A stretch of DNA of 64,000 nt from an uncultured Desulfobulbaceae bacterium (GTDB lineage: Bacteria; Desulfobacterota; Dissulfuribacteria; Dissulfuribacterales; DYLC01), in assembly GCA_964427245.1 (NCBI GenBank), contig CAYRSX010000011.1, forward strand, positions 18,227-82,226. The letters are read 5' to 3'. The notes beneath the pieces were generated by a model, which was not told the origin of the DNA, searched no databases, and worked only from the letters and a program-made list of their open reading frames with translations. Both the position numbers and the translations under genes were made by a program. Positions 23,957 through 34,241 of this stretch are shown here, one piece after another. Position 1 is the stretch's first letter, and the number at the start of each line of letters is the position of its first letter.

Positions 23957-25356
23957 CAGTCCTTCATGCCTTCCAGCCTGTCTTCCAGTCCAAGCTGCTG
24001 TATCTTTCTGTGCAGATGACGTCTTTCTATGCCGATGGCCTCGGCGGTCTTGGTGATATTGCCGTTGTTCTCTGAAAGCTTTTTAGCTATATACTCCCGC
24101 TCGAACATGGCCTTGGCACTTCGAAAGTCCTCGCAGTACAACATGGCGCATGGAGTTTTCATGGCCTCAACTCGGCTTTTGGAGACCGCCCGATAGGATT
24201 GAGGTAGGTCATCACAGGTCAGTGTTTTGGACTTAGAAAGAATGACCATGCGCTCAGCCAGATTGTGCAATTCCCGCACGTTCCCCGGCCAATTATAGGC
24301 CTGAAGGCATTCATATATCTTCGAATCGATCTTCACGGGTCCCTTGCCCATCTTTCTAGCAAAATTGGCCACAAATGCCTCCAAAAGCAGCGGAATGTCC
24401 TCTATACGCTCCCTCAACGGCGGGATCTCTATGGGTATTACATTCAGCCGATAATACAGATCTTCTCTGAATCGGCCCTCGGCTATCTCTTTTTCCATAT
24501 CCTTGTTGGTGGCTGCTATGATACGCACGTCAACAAAGATGGTCTTGTTACCACCCACTCGCTCAAAACGCTGCTCCTGAAGAATACGCAACACCTTCGC
24601 TTGAGTCTTCAGAATCATATCGCCTATCTCGTCCAAAAACAGTGTCCCTCCGTCAGCAAGATCAAACTTGCCGCGTTTTGTGGCACCTGCTCCGGTAAAT
24701 GCCCCTTTCTCATAACCGAACAACTCACTTTCTATGAGCTCCTCAGGAATAGCCGCACAGTTCACCTCAACAAGGGGCTTGTGACTGCGTTTACTCATGC
24801 GATGAATGGTCTGAGCCACCAATTCCTTACCTGTGCCGTTTTCCCCTCGAATCAATACCCATGCATCAGTGGGCGCAATGATGGTGATCTGTTCCTTTAA
24901 CTTCAGCATTACAGGACTCATACCGATTATGTCTTGCACAGACGCATCGGTCTGCTGGCGAAGAATAGTGTTTTCATCCTCCAACGCCTTATATTTCAGG
25001 GCATTTTCTATGGAAACTAAAAGGGATTCGTAAGAAAGGGGTTTTTCAATAAAATCATAGGCACCCATGCGAGTGGCCTTCACGGCGGTCTCGATGGTGC
25101 CATGGCCGGTCATGATCACCACTGGTAGAAAAGGCCAATCCCTCTTTATTCTCTGTAAGACCTCCAGTCCGTCCATGCCCGGCATCCAGATGTCCAGGAC
25201 CACGAGGTCGGCCAGGGCTGTCTTCAGAATCTCAAGACATCCCTTACCGCTGGACACCACTATCACTTCATAGCCCTCATCCTCCAAAATACCTTTTACG
25301 CTCTCCAATATGGTGTGCTCGTCATCCACCACCAGTATTCGTTTTTTCAATGCCAT
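23956..25356 (-). CDS. NtrX-like sigma54-interaction response regulator (REC-AAA+-HTH)
   Basis: [42 protein letters not shown], Fis-type HTH; start placed at ATG 25356. Confidence 0.92.
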   Translation of the reverse strand: MALKKRILVVDDEHTILESVKGILEDEGYEVIVVSSGKGCLEILKTALADLVVLDIWMPGMDGLEVLQRIKRDWPFLPVVIMTGHGTIETAVKATRMGAYDFIEKPLSYESLLVSIENALKYKALEDENTILRQQTDASVQDIIGMSPVMLKLKEQITIIAPTDAWVLIRGENGTGKELVAQTIHRMSKRSHKPLVEVNCAAIPEELIESELFGYEKGAFTGAGATKRGKFDLADGGTLFLDEIGDMILKTQAKVLRILQEQRFERVGGNKTIFVDVRIIAATNKDMEKEIAEGRFREDLYYRLNVIPIEIPPLRERIEDIPLLLEAFVANFARKMGKGPVKIDSKIYECLQAYNWPGNVRELHNLAERMVILSKSKTLTCDDLPQSYRAVSKSRVEAMKTPCAMLYCEDFRSAKAMFEREYIAKKLSENNGNITKTAEAIGIERRHLHRKIQQLGLEDRLEGMKD

Positions 25357-25420
25357 GACCTCACAGAACATTCATATATAACACGACAAAGAACCGAAAT
25401 ACGAAAATCAGAGAACCGGT

Positions 25421-27550
25421 TCACAAAAGATTGTCCGTAAAATTAAAACGTCTTCCCATATAAAAGACCTTTATCCAATCCCTGCGTTTTTGAAATTCAG
25501 AGATACGCCTTTGGGCAGGCCAATATATGAGATCAATCACCTGCATTGCAATACCTATCTCCTGTAACCGCCCTCGAAAATCGAATACAGAAAACGGCTT
25601 GTCCGGCAGACAACAACCTGTCTGGGGTGTATTCCGCCACCAGAACATCTCGCCCTTGGGACTTGTGATAGCAAGGCGCTCGGGCCGTTCAAATGGTTTG
25701 AGACGGCTGACAAAAAGGGGAAGGTAGCCGAATATGGTCATGCCCACAGGTATGAATGGCGCATGGACAAGGGCCAGCGATAGATTCCTCTCATCCGTCT
25801 CCACGGAAAACATGGGATTTTTCACACCAAGATCCCTGACTGCCTGCAATGCCTGAGAGTTCAAAAGATTCAAGGCATAACCACTTAAGAGCTCCAGACC
25901 GTGAGCGCGACTCTCTTTTGCCAGATGCTTTAACCAGGCTATCTGACCCAAGTTATTTACCATAAAAGAACGATGACCCATGCGCAACAGACGTAAAACC
26001 TGCTGTTCCATCAAACGCAGGTCATTTTCATAACTGATGGCTGGAATGGACCAACACATATCATTATGCCAATGTTTTAAGAAAAAACTCGTATATTTTC
26101 CATCCAACTCCACGATAATGCCGCGAGGATTCAATGCCTTGGCTAGTTCCAGCATGGCTGGGCTGTGCAGCCTAACCCACAACCCATGCCTACTATTGTG
26201 AGAGATACTATTTTGCCTCTCCACAGCCCACTGCTTCGTCAATTGCTTCATGAGCTGTACCCCATTGTCATGCGCCCTTTTCTCGTATATCCTCCATGCA
26301 GCCCCCAGCCCCTGCCAGCGGTCCTTCCATGAACTCACATCGAAAAAAGGCGCACCCAATGCCTGTTGTTTTCGCTGATCCGTCTTGAAGACAATGGAAT
26401 TCACAGGGACGACCCCAGACATGGCCGTTGAAATACGAAAAAGCCCGTCACCGTCCCCTTCAACAGCATGACAGGTAAACGAACGCTGTTCCATGGCATC
26501 GGGAAAGACTATACGCAATCTGTCGCCTTTATGCACAATGGAATCAGTCCTGACACACAATACGCCATCTTTTGAACTCGTCACCCTTCCAAGATACTTA
26601 CCTGTATTGGCGGTCCTGCCGGCATTCAGCAAGTCTTTTGAAGCAGCGGTTCGAAAAAATCCTCCGGTGTAATCCCTGCCCATTGCGGTATTTAAAAACG
26701 CCTTGGACTCCTGCAAGACTTCATTATACATCTCCGGTTGCGTGTTTCGACACGGCAAGGCATTCAGAAGCATTCTGTACGCCCTGACCACTGTCCCCAC
26801 ATAACTTGCGGGTTTCAATCTACCCTCTATCTTTATGGATGCCACACCCATATCCGCCAGGTCGGAAATCACATCGATTCCGCACAGATCGAACATGGAA
26901 AAATAAAAGCCCTTGGCCCCGTTCACATCATACTGTCTTCGGCATGGCTGGACACACCTACCTCGCATACTGGATTTTCCGCCAAAATAACTGCTCATGA
27001 GACAACTACCCGAGCAGGTGAAACACATGGCACCATGCACAAAGGCCTCGATCTCCACATCAGCGGCATTGACCGCCTGCTGAATCTCATGCAAAGTCAT
27101 TTCACGGGCCAATACCACACGTTTAAAACCCATCTGAGATGCCTGTCTTACACCCCAGGAGTTATGAATACCCATGAGGGTGCTGGCATGCAGCCTAAGA
27201 CTGGGAAAATATCGTCTTGCAAGCCGCCAGACAGACAGGTCCTGAATGATCAAGGCATCCAAACCTATCTCATGCAGCCCGGAAAGCATTTCCACAACCG
27301 CCTGGATTTCTGTCTCTTTCACAAGGGAATTCAATGCCACAAAGAGCCTGGCCCCGGCCTCGTGAGCAAGGGAGGTAAGGACAGCCACTTCGGCAAGAGA
27401 AAAATTCGTGGCCAGGGCCCGTGCGTTCAGGGTTTTAAGCCCCACATATACGGCATCGGCGCCGTTTTCGATGGCGCTGAAAAATGCCTCTTTTGTACCG
27501 GCAGGCGCCAGCAACTCCATCTTTTTGCAGGCCTTTTTTTCAGCGCACAT
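25421..27550 (-). CDS. Peptidase U32 family protein (RlhA/TrhP-like Fe-S RNA hydroxylase)
   Basis: MELLAPAG, GADAVYVG, HASTLM, VHGAMCFTCSGSC...RGRCVQPCR, KIEGR; start likely 27550 or 27520 rather than 27676. Confidence 0.9.
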   Translation of the reverse strand: MCAEKKACKKMELLAPAGTKEAFFSAIENGADAVYVGLKTLNARALATNFSLAEVAVLTSLAHEAGARLFVALNSLVKETEIQAVVEMLSGLHEIGLDALIIQDLSVWRLARRYFPSLRLHASTLMGIHNSWGVRQASQMGFKRVVLAREMTLHEIQQAVNAADVEIEAFVHGAMCFTCSGSCLMSSYFGGKSSMRGRCVQPCRRQYDVNGAKGFYFSMFDLCGIDVISDLADMGVASIKIEGRLKPASYVGTVVRAYRMLLNALPCRNTQPEMYNEVLQESKAFLNTAMGRDYTGGFFRTAASKDLLNAGRTANTGKYLGRVTSSKDGVLCVRTDSIVHKGDRLRIVFPDAMEQRSFTCHAVEGDGDGLFRISTAMSGVVPVNSIVFKTDQRKQQALGAPFFDVSSWKDRWQGLGAAWRIYEKRAHDNGVQLMKQLTKQWAVERQNSISHNSRHGLWVRLHSPAMLELAKALNPRGIIVELDGKYTSFFLKHWHNDMCWSIPAISYENDLRLMEQQVLRLLRMGHRSFMVNNLGQIAWLKHLAKESRAHGLELLSGYALNLLNSQALQAVRDLGVKNPMFSVETDERNLSLALVHAPFIPVGMTIFGYLPLFVSRLKPFERPERLAITSPKGEMFWWRNTPQTGCCLPDKPFSVFDFRGRLQEIGIAMQVIDLIYWPAQRRISEFQKRRDWIKVFYMGRRFNFTDNLL

Positions 27551-27659
27551 ATCTCTTTCTGACAGTTCAGACCCTTGAGACAACGCCTCAAGGCCATTGA
27601 GTGACACAGCCTTCTTCAAGGTTCGAGACCTCGGCTGTCTTTCAATAGGCGCATGGCTA

Positions 27660-27869
27660 TTATGGTGACGGGGCATAGTTTATTTCGACCAGCAGGGCTT
27701 GTATAGCCTTTTCGGAGGCGGGAGGATCATAGACGACAGTTATTCTCTTGTGTTCCACATCCACTTGAACAGATTTTACGCCAGTCAGTTCCATGAGTTC
27801 CATTTGAATGGTATGTGCACAGTGTTTACAGGAGATACGGGGTATATAAGCCGAATAGGTATTGGACAT
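27660..27869 (-). CDS. Heavy-metal-associated (CopZ-like) metallochaperone
   Basis: 69 aa with ISCKHC HMA motif; ATG at 27869. Confidence 0.85.
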   Translation of the reverse strand: MSNTYSAYIPRISCKHCAHTIQMELMELTGVKSVQVDVEHKRITVVYDPPASEKAIQALLVEINYAPSP

Positions 27870-27879
27870 GACAGCCTCC

Positions 27880-28887
27880 TTATATCTTGAAACCCATATA
27901 ACGCAGTTCCGCCACCAAACGCTCGAAATCAACAGGCAGCAGGGACTGAGGACCATCGGACATGGCCTTTTCTGGACAGCTGTGCACCTCTATCAGAAGA
28001 CCTGCCGCACCTACCGCAGCCCCTGCCCTGGCAAGGGGTATGACCTGATCCCGTCTGCCTGCGGCATGACTGGGGTCTATGAATACAGGCAGATGACTCT
28101 CTTTTTGTATATAAGGCACAGCGTTCAGGTCCAGGGTATTGCGGGAATGAGTGGCAAATGTTCGAATACCTCTTTCGCACAAAATTACTTGATCATTCCC
28201 TTCGGACATAATGTATTCCGCTGCCATGAGAAACTCGTCTATGGTGGCGCTCATTCCTCGTTTGAGCAGCACGGGTTTTTTGGCCTGCCCTGCCCTTCTG
28301 AGCAACCTATAATTCTGCATGTTTCGTGTGCCAATTTGAATGATGTCTGCGTATTCCTCCACCAGGTCGCATACCTCATGGTCAGTGGCCTCGGACACGA
28401 TAAACAGACCTGTCTCCTCACGCACACGAACAAGGATCTGAAGCCCCTTTTCCCCCAGCCCCTGAAAGACATAGGGTGAGGTGCGAGGTTTGAATGCGCC
28501 TGCCCTGAACAGAACGGCACCAGCTTTTTTCACGGCCCGAGCGATCTCCATGGCCTGTCTCTCGCTTTCCACGGCACAAGGCCCTGCAGCCAAAACCAGT
28601 TTATCCCCGCCTATGATCACTTTGCCGTCTCCCAGCGGAATAACGGTATTCTCCGCCTTCATCTCTCGGCTCACCAACTTATATGGTTTGGATACAGCTA
28701 TTGCATCCCTAACTCCAGGCATACCGAGAAAGATAGCCGAATCCACCGGCCCTGTATTGCGCAGAATGCCTATAGCGATCCTTTCTCCACCGGGTATGGG
28801 CTTGGCCTGCCAACCGTGCGCCTCTATGGCGGCTATGACATTATCCAGTTCTTCCTTACCGGCATGATTCGACATGACTATCAACAT
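27880..28887 (-). CDS. aroF: DAHP synthase type I-beta with N-terminal regulatory domain
   Basis: AGPCAVES, FKPRTSPY, QIGTRNMQN, LLKRG, ILCERG, DPSH. Confidence 0.95.
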   Translation of the reverse strand: MLIVMSNHAGKEELDNVIAAIEAHGWQAKPIPGGERIAIGILRNTGPVDSAIFLGMPGVRDAIAVSKPYKLVSREMKAENTVIPLGDGKVIIGGDKLVLAAGPCAVESERQAMEIARAVKKAGAVLFRAGAFKPRTSPYVFQGLGEKGLQILVRVREETGLFIVSEATDHEVCDLVEEYADIIQIGTRNMQNYRLLRRAGQAKKPVLLKRGMSATIDEFLMAAEYIMSEGNDQVILCERGIRTFATHSRNTLDLNAVPYIQKESHLPVFIDPSHAAGRRDQVIPLARAGAAVGAAGLLIEVHSCPEKAMSDGPQSLLPVDFERLVAELRYMGFKI

Positions 28888-28921
28888 ATCATACTCCCAA
28901 TAATGAAGATTACCTCTTGAC

Positions 28922-28950
28922 TTGAGGAGAATAACCTCCGAATATATAAT
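28922..28950 (+). promoter_or_regulatory. Candidate sigma70 promoter of ftsB
   Basis: TTGAGG-17 nt-TATAAT. Confidence 0.5.
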
Positions 28951-28983
28951 TTTTCAAATTTCATCAATATCGAGTGGACCCAA

Positions 28984-29322
28984 TTGAAAACCACACATTC
29001 TCATTTTATACAACGAAACCAGACCCATTCAAAGGGAAGTTTGTGGCCTTTTTTACTGCCCATCGTTGCAGGGCTCCTATTATGGATATTATTCGGACCA
29101 AACGGTCTATGGCAACTATATAAAATAAATGCCAAAAATAAGGAAATGAATCAAATTCTTGCAGAAAAAAACAAAGAAAACAACCAATTAGAAAAACAAA
29201 TTACAAGAATGAAAACCGATTCAGCCTATCAGGAAGAGATGGCCAGAAAAGAACTCGGCTGGATCAAAGAAAATGAGATTCTCTATCAATTTGAACCTAA
29301 AACGCCCAAACAATCCAAATAA
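28984..29322 (+). CDS. ftsB: Septum formation initiator (FtsB/DivIC)
   Basis: Single TM, FGPNGL, coiled coil, EEMARKELGWIKENEILY. Confidence 0.88.
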   Translation: MKTTHSHFIQRNQTHSKGSLWPFLLPIVAGLLLWILFGPNGLWQLYKINAKNKEMNQILAEKNKENNQLEKQITRMKTDSAYQEEMARKELGWIKENEILYQFEPKTPKQSK

Positions 29323-29332
29323 AACCATTTAA

Positions 29333-30418
29333 ATGACTACATCCAACAATCCATCTTCTTCACAAACTGTACATAAAAAACGCAATCAAGCCTTTCTCTC
29401 CATTCTGATGAGCTTTCTCATGGTGGTATTCCTGCTTAGTTACGCAGGTAGAGGCCTGGATTTCGCCTGGCACAGAATCGGATGGCCCATGCTTCGCATG
29501 CTTGGACTTATCGCCATCGTGCTGGCAGCAACATCTTTGCTGGAGGCCAAAGGCTATTTCACAGTAATTGCGCGCATCTTTCATCCCATCTTGCGCATGG
29601 GACATTTCAGCGCTGCAACCGCCTCGGCGTTTACAGCTGCCTTTTTTTCAGGGATTGTTGCCAACACCATTTTGGCCAAGGCATACCAGGACAACACCAT
29701 TTCCAAACGAGAATTGTTTCTGGCTAACCTACTGAATGTGGGTTTTCCGGCATACACCCTCCATTTCCCCACTGCCATGGCCATTTTGCTGCCTATGGTG
29801 GGCAAAGCCGGGGTCATCTATCTGGTACTCACCTTTCTAGCGGCCATTCTGCGCACTGCTTTTGTGCTGGCGATCGCCAACATTTACCAGCCCAAGTGCA
29901 CCAGCAGGCAGGCAGGCACTCCAGCTCCCTGCAATGACAACTCACAAATTTCAACTCAATCACAGGCAACAACCAATAATAACATATGGGAACAACTCAT
30001 CAAAAGGCTCTGGCGAATCGCCATCTATACAGTACCTATTTATACATTTGTGGTGGTGTTGCAGGAAAAAGGCTTCTTTAAATGGCTGGAACAAAGCGTT
30101 TCTCACATTTTCACCACTACCATTTTGCCAATAGAAGGGGTATCCGTAGTGGTATTCAGTATAGTCTCGGAGTTTACCGCGGGCGCAGCCGCTGCCGGAG
30201 CTATGCTGCATGGCGGAATATTGACCCATAAGGAAACAGTCATAGCCCTACTGATAGGGAATATAATAGCGACGCCTGTCAGGGCACTACGGCATCAACT
30301 TCCCACATATCTGGGAATCTTTACTCCAGGCATAGGCACACAGATACTACTGACAAGTCAGGCATTACGCATAACAAGTATTCTAATAGTCCTTACAGGT
30401 TATTGTTTAATGTTCTAA
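29333..30418 (+). CDS. Nucleoside-recognition (Gate) domain membrane protein
   Basis: Multi-TM; AFTAAFFSGIVANTIL, ALLIGNII, LRHQLPTYLGIF. Confidence 0.65.
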   Translation: MTTSNNPSSSQTVHKKRNQAFLSILMSFLMVVFLLSYAGRGLDFAWHRIGWPMLRMLGLIAIVLAATSLLEAKGYFTVIARIFHPILRMGHFSAATASAFTAAFFSGIVANTILAKAYQDNTISKRELFLANLLNVGFPAYTLHFPTAMAILLPMVGKAGVIYLVLTFLAAILRTAFVLAIANIYQPKCTSRQAGTPAPCNDNSQISTQSQATTNNNIWEQLIKRLWRIAIYTVPIYTFVVVLQEKGFFKWLEQSVSHIFTTTILPIEGVSVVVFSIVSEFTAGAAAAGAMLHGGILTHKETVIALLIGNIIATPVRALRHQLPTYLGIFTPGIGTQILLTSQALRITSILIVLTGYCLMF

Positions 30419-30494
30419 CACAACGGGCAGTACCACATTTTTGTTTTGTTGAAACCTCCTTCAAGTAACTTTCTGACATAAATCACATAAAAAA

Positions 30495-31259
30495 ATGAAA
30501 TCAGACAAAAAACTAAACGATGGCCTTATCCGTCTCAATAAATTCATAGCAGAAGCCGGCATATGCTCCAGAAGACAGGCCGATTTATTGATAACTAATG
30601 GCAGAGTATTATTGAATGGCAAAAAAATATTCGAACTTGGTATAAAAATAAATCCAACTATAGACATTATAGAAATAGACGGGAAAAGATTAACCACTGC
30701 AAACCAACATTTTATCTATATCATACTCAATAAACCAAGGGGATTTCTGACAACAGTCAGAGACCCTTTCAACAGACCGACTGTTATGAATTTTGTAAAT
30801 ATTCCGGCAAGGGTATATCCTGTAGGAAGATTAGACCAAGACAGTGAGGGTCTGCTCTTATTTACAAATGACGGGGAACTCGCCAATCGGCTCATACATC
30901 CCAGGCATAAAATCAAAAAGCTGTATCATGTGCAAGTCAGCGGACATCCTTCAGAATTCAACATCGCACGCCTGACTGCCGGCATTGACATAGACGGCAG
31001 AATAACGCTGCCATGCAGTATTCATAGGCTTTCTCAAGATCTACACGCGACTCAATTTGAAGTGGAGATAAGGGAGGGCAGAAAGCGGCAGATTCGACGC
31101 ATGTTCCAGGCCATAGGTCATGATGTCATTACGCTTCAGCGAATTCAAATAGGACCTATTAAACTTGCAGGGCTGCCTGTGGGGAAATGGCGTTACTTAA
31201 GTGAGTATGAGATCACAGCAATAAAAAAAGAAGCGGGCATTCACATGAATGCCCGCTAA
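30495..31259 (+). CDS. rRNA pseudouridine synthase with S4 domain (RluB/RsuA family)
   Basis: RLNKFIAEAGICSRR, NKPRG, PVGRLDQDSEGLLL, EGRKRQIRRM. Confidence 0.93.
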   Translation: MKSDKKLNDGLIRLNKFIAEAGICSRRQADLLITNGRVLLNGKKIFELGIKINPTIDIIEIDGKRLTTANQHFIYIILNKPRGFLTTVRDPFNRPTVMNFVNIPARVYPVGRLDQDSEGLLLFTNDGELANRLIHPRHKIKKLYHVQVSGHPSEFNIARLTAGIDIDGRITLPCSIHRLSQDLHATQFEVEIREGRKRQIRRMFQAIGHDVITLQRIQIGPIKLAGLPVGKWRYLSEYEITAIKKEAGIHMNAR

Positions 31260-31285
31260 GTGCAATACCTACAAGATATTGGAAA

Positions 31286-31489
31286 TTAACCCTTGATCTT
31301 TACATTGGATGCCTGAGGACCTTTGGGGCCATTCTCCACCTCAAACTCGACCGCCTGCCCTTCTTTCAAAGTACGAAAGCCATTGGCTTCGATTTTGCTG
31401 TAATGCACGAATACATCCGGACCTTGTTCCTGAGAGATAAACCCATAACCCTTTTGATCGTTAAACCACTTTACCTTCCCTTGCGCCAT
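31286..31489 (-). CDS. Cold-shock protein (CspA family)
   Basis: [29 protein letters not shown]. Confidence 0.97.
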   Translation of the reverse strand: MAQGKVKWFNDQKGYGFISQEQGPDVFVHYSKIEANGFRTLKEGQAVEFEVENGPKGPQASNVKIKG

Positions 31490-31601
31490 GAAAAAACTCC
31501 TTTACATAAAAAATAATGGGCGACCGCCCTATATAGCAAAACAGATGGCCCCAAATTATTTCACTCGTCACCATACTGCCATGCGTTAATTTTGATGAAA
31601 T

Positions 31602-31630
31602 ATCTTAAGCCAGCTTTGTATGAGCGTCAA
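31602..31630 (-). promoter_or_regulatory. Candidate sigma70 promoter of csp (gives a ~105-nt 5' UTR)
   Basis: Minus strand TTGACG-17 nt-TAAGAT. Confidence 0.55.
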
Positions 31631-31730
31631 GTGATTTTTACAAGAAGGCAAAATCCACCGCCCAGATTCCGATGTGATTCAGCAGGACAGACTCCTCTCC
31701 TGTCCTACCTTTTTTAAACACATGGTGCCC

Positions 31731-32723
31731 CTAAAACTTCCACAGGCTTCCAATATAAACCATATCTGAGTCAAACTTCTCCATGCCCAGAACCTTTTTG
31801 TACCCTGCCGTGAAATTGAAGGTGTCTGTAGCCTGGTATGCCATCTCTATACCCGCATCCCAATAGAGATCATCGGTGACCGCTATGTTTTGGGGGTAAT
31901 CGGTCTCATCAAAGTTGGCAAGACCGTATATATTCATGGCAATGGTCTTGTTGGGATATACGGCCAGGTTCATACCGGTTCGAATCAGATGATGATCCCC
32001 AATCTCTCCATCATCATGGCCATAGTGATAAAACACCATTACGGACGGCTCCAACATATCGGAGCACCTGGTCTTGAGACTCATACCCAAAGAGCCTCCC
32101 ATCGTATTGATATCATCGTCATTGACCTTACGATTTATGCCCTCCCATATATAATCGAGGGTGGCATGAAAGGACAACTCATAGCGATCTCTAATGGGCA
32201 TTCTATACTGGGCAAAGGCCACGCCGCCCATCTGATTTATGTCCTTTATATCTGAACGACTGAAGTCCATGTAATTATACGGTACAATCACACCAAAGGT
32301 GAAACGCTCCGTATCCATGGCAAAACCCAGCATTCCACCATAGATATCTGCCTCAGGCATGTCACCGGTGCGGAATTCAGCGTTTTCATACTTTAACATG
32401 GCGCCAAGGGTGCGAAGCCTCATACCTGACTGCATAACCGCCTTGTCCTTTTCCTGAGTTATCAAAGGGACCACGGACGGCATGACTACATTGCTTGTAA
32501 TGGTATTTACCACCGTGCCGGTAGCTCCCACTGTATTGGAATAGGAAGGGGTGTCGGTCACAGTCCCGCCGCAATATTGCTGATACAGTACGCTTCCAAG
32601 CGACAACAGATTACATGTATTAAAATTGGGAAGCGGCAGATTCATGGGGCTGGCCCAGGCGCTTCCAGCACAAGCCAGACATACGCCGGCTGTAACAGCA
32701 CAAATTTTCATATTTCTTTTCAT
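31731..32723 (-). CDS. Outer-membrane beta-barrel protein, autotransporter-barrel-like
   Basis: Signal peptide (AWA-S), alternating beta-strand pattern over the C-terminal ~235 aa, C-terminal aromatic (SLWKF). Confidence 0.7.
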   Translation of the reverse strand: MKRNMKICAVTAGVCLACAGSAWASPMNLPLPNFNTCNLLSLGSVLYQQYCGGTVTDTPSYSNTVGATGTVVNTITSNVVMPSVVPLITQEKDKAVMQSGMRLRTLGAMLKYENAEFRTGDMPEADIYGGMLGFAMDTERFTFGVIVPYNYMDFSRSDIKDINQMGGVAFAQYRMPIRDRYELSFHATLDYIWEGINRKVNDDDINTMGGSLGMSLKTRCSDMLEPSVMVFYHYGHDDGEIGDHHLIRTGMNLAVYPNKTIAMNIYGLANFDETDYPQNIAVTDDLYWDAGIEMAYQATDTFNFTAGYKKVLGMEKFDSDMVYIGSLWKF

Positions 32724-32741
32724 ATTCTCACCTCGCTATAA

Positions 32742-34241
32742 TTATTTCATAAAAGAGACTGAATAACCATCGGTCTGACTAGCGATAAACGACCTGGCCC
32801 CTGCTGAGACCGTAGCAGAACCACTATAGAATGTATCAGTAGAAGGCGTGCCCACATCACAGACAGCATTGGGCCATGTGGAAGTCACACAATGACGTAT
32901 CACCTGACCTGTATAAAGGTCATAACCTGTCTTTTCCTCATAACGGTAGGAAAGCTGACCATTGGCATAGGACCAGGTACCCTTGAAGACATGTCGGTAA
33001 TACTGTCCCTGCTCATTATATATGAAGGAGCCATCGGAATTAAATGACCACGGACCGGAGCCTATAAATGCACTTAATGACATCCTTTCAGCAGTCCAGT
33101 TACCCACGAGGAAGGAGCCGGGTGACTGCTGCTGAACCAGATTGGCCAGCACAGTGCAATCGGCATTCACTGCATTAGTAATAAAGACATTACCGCTCAG
33201 AGCGCCGCCGCAGGTGCCCGTAACGCTTTCAATGATATAGCCGCTGTTTGCGGTAATGCTGCAACTGGAGGTGGAACCAGCGGTAACTGGATTTGGACTA
33301 CAGGAGATACTGCCTGCACTCACAGGATTTACGGAGGCGGAAATGGTATATTGTCCTGGCTGAGGTACAGGAGGTTGTGGCTGCTGTGCTGCGTGAATAT
33401 CAAAGAATACGCTTGCCACATTGGAAATGGGGCTTACACCGGAAGGACCGGGAAGGCCGCCTAAAAACGCCTCAAAGCCATGCTGACCTTCTCCCAGCAA
33501 ACCAGCAGGGAACTCCATAAAACAAGGAGAATGGTGACAATTCAGATTATAGGTCTGCACAGGCAATAAAACTGATATAATAGGAATAGGATCTCTAAAT
33601 ACACCATTTATGGAGATATATGAATTCCACATATCCACCCAACTATTGCTGGCCTGAAGATACTTGAGATAAATGGCAGCAGTGGTATCAGGCGCTCCAC
33701 CAGAGGCCGTCAATCCGATTTTCACCATCTCATCGGTATGAAAGGAAGAGCCATTGGGCAATAAAAACTCCAGGCTCACATTAGAGACCTGTGAAAGTGA
33801 GACATAACAGCCATAAACAAACAATGTGGTATTGCCGCTTGGGTCGGCACAGATGGAAGATGCGGGAATGGAAAGTGTGTATGCACCAGGCGCCAGATCC
33901 TGATTCAAGTCCACCCATGCCTCACACCAATTAATCTGATATGTATCGCACCCACCCTTTGTAGTACTGCCCGAAAAGCTGTAACCGCCCGGGCCTGTAA
34001 TGGTCACGGATGGCGGTGTGGTGCCGCTTATGTTGGTATTGTGCCAGATTCTAATTCTTGTTACAAAAGCCGATTGCCCCAGATTAAATACCTGCACATT
34101 GCTTACACCACAGGCACCTGTGTATCCGCTGCTTATAAGCGTCTGTTCCTGTGTACAGGCGGCATTCGCTCTTGGTGCAATGCCTGCCGACATCAACAAT
34201 AACAACATCACATAGATACAACCCAACAATCTTTTTCTCAT
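32742..34241 (-). CDS. Secreted Cys-rich multidomain protein (includes InlB-B-repeat-like module)
   Basis: Signal peptide (ANA-A), P/Q linker, YTISASVNP...GYIIESVTGTCGG...DCTV repeat-type module; GAGGAGG Shine-Dalgarno. Confidence 0.8.
   Translation of the reverse strand: MRKRLLGCIYVMLLLLMSAGIAPRANAACTQEQTLISSGYTGACGVSNVQVFNLGQSAFVTRIRIWHNTNISGTTPPSVTITGPGGYSFSGSTTKGGCDTYQINWCEAWVDLNQDLAPGAYTLSIPASSICADPSGNTTLFVYGCYVSLSQVSNVSLEFLLPNGSSFHTDEMVKIGLTASGGAPDTTAAIYLKYLQASNSWVDMWNSYISINGVFRDPIPIISVLLPVQTYNLNCHHSPCFMEFPAGLLGEGQHGFEAFLGGLPGPSGVSPISNVASVFFDIHAAQQPQPPVPQPGQYTISASVNPVSAGSISCSPNPVTAGSTSSCSITANSGYIIESVTGTCGGALSGNVFITNAVNADCTVLANLVQQQSPGSFLVGNWTAERMSLSAFIGSGPWSFNSDGSFIYNEQGQYYRHVFKGTWSYANGQLSYRYEEKTGYDLYTGQVIRHCVTSTWPNAVCDVGTPSTDTFYSGSATVSAGARSFIASQTDGYSVSFMK

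Noticed and set aside
28905-28945. CueR/MerR-type operator (cctc-7 nt-gagg) for copZ
   Set aside because: It lacks the -35/19-nt/-10 geometry on the minus strand and is about 1 kb from copZ, with aroF in between.
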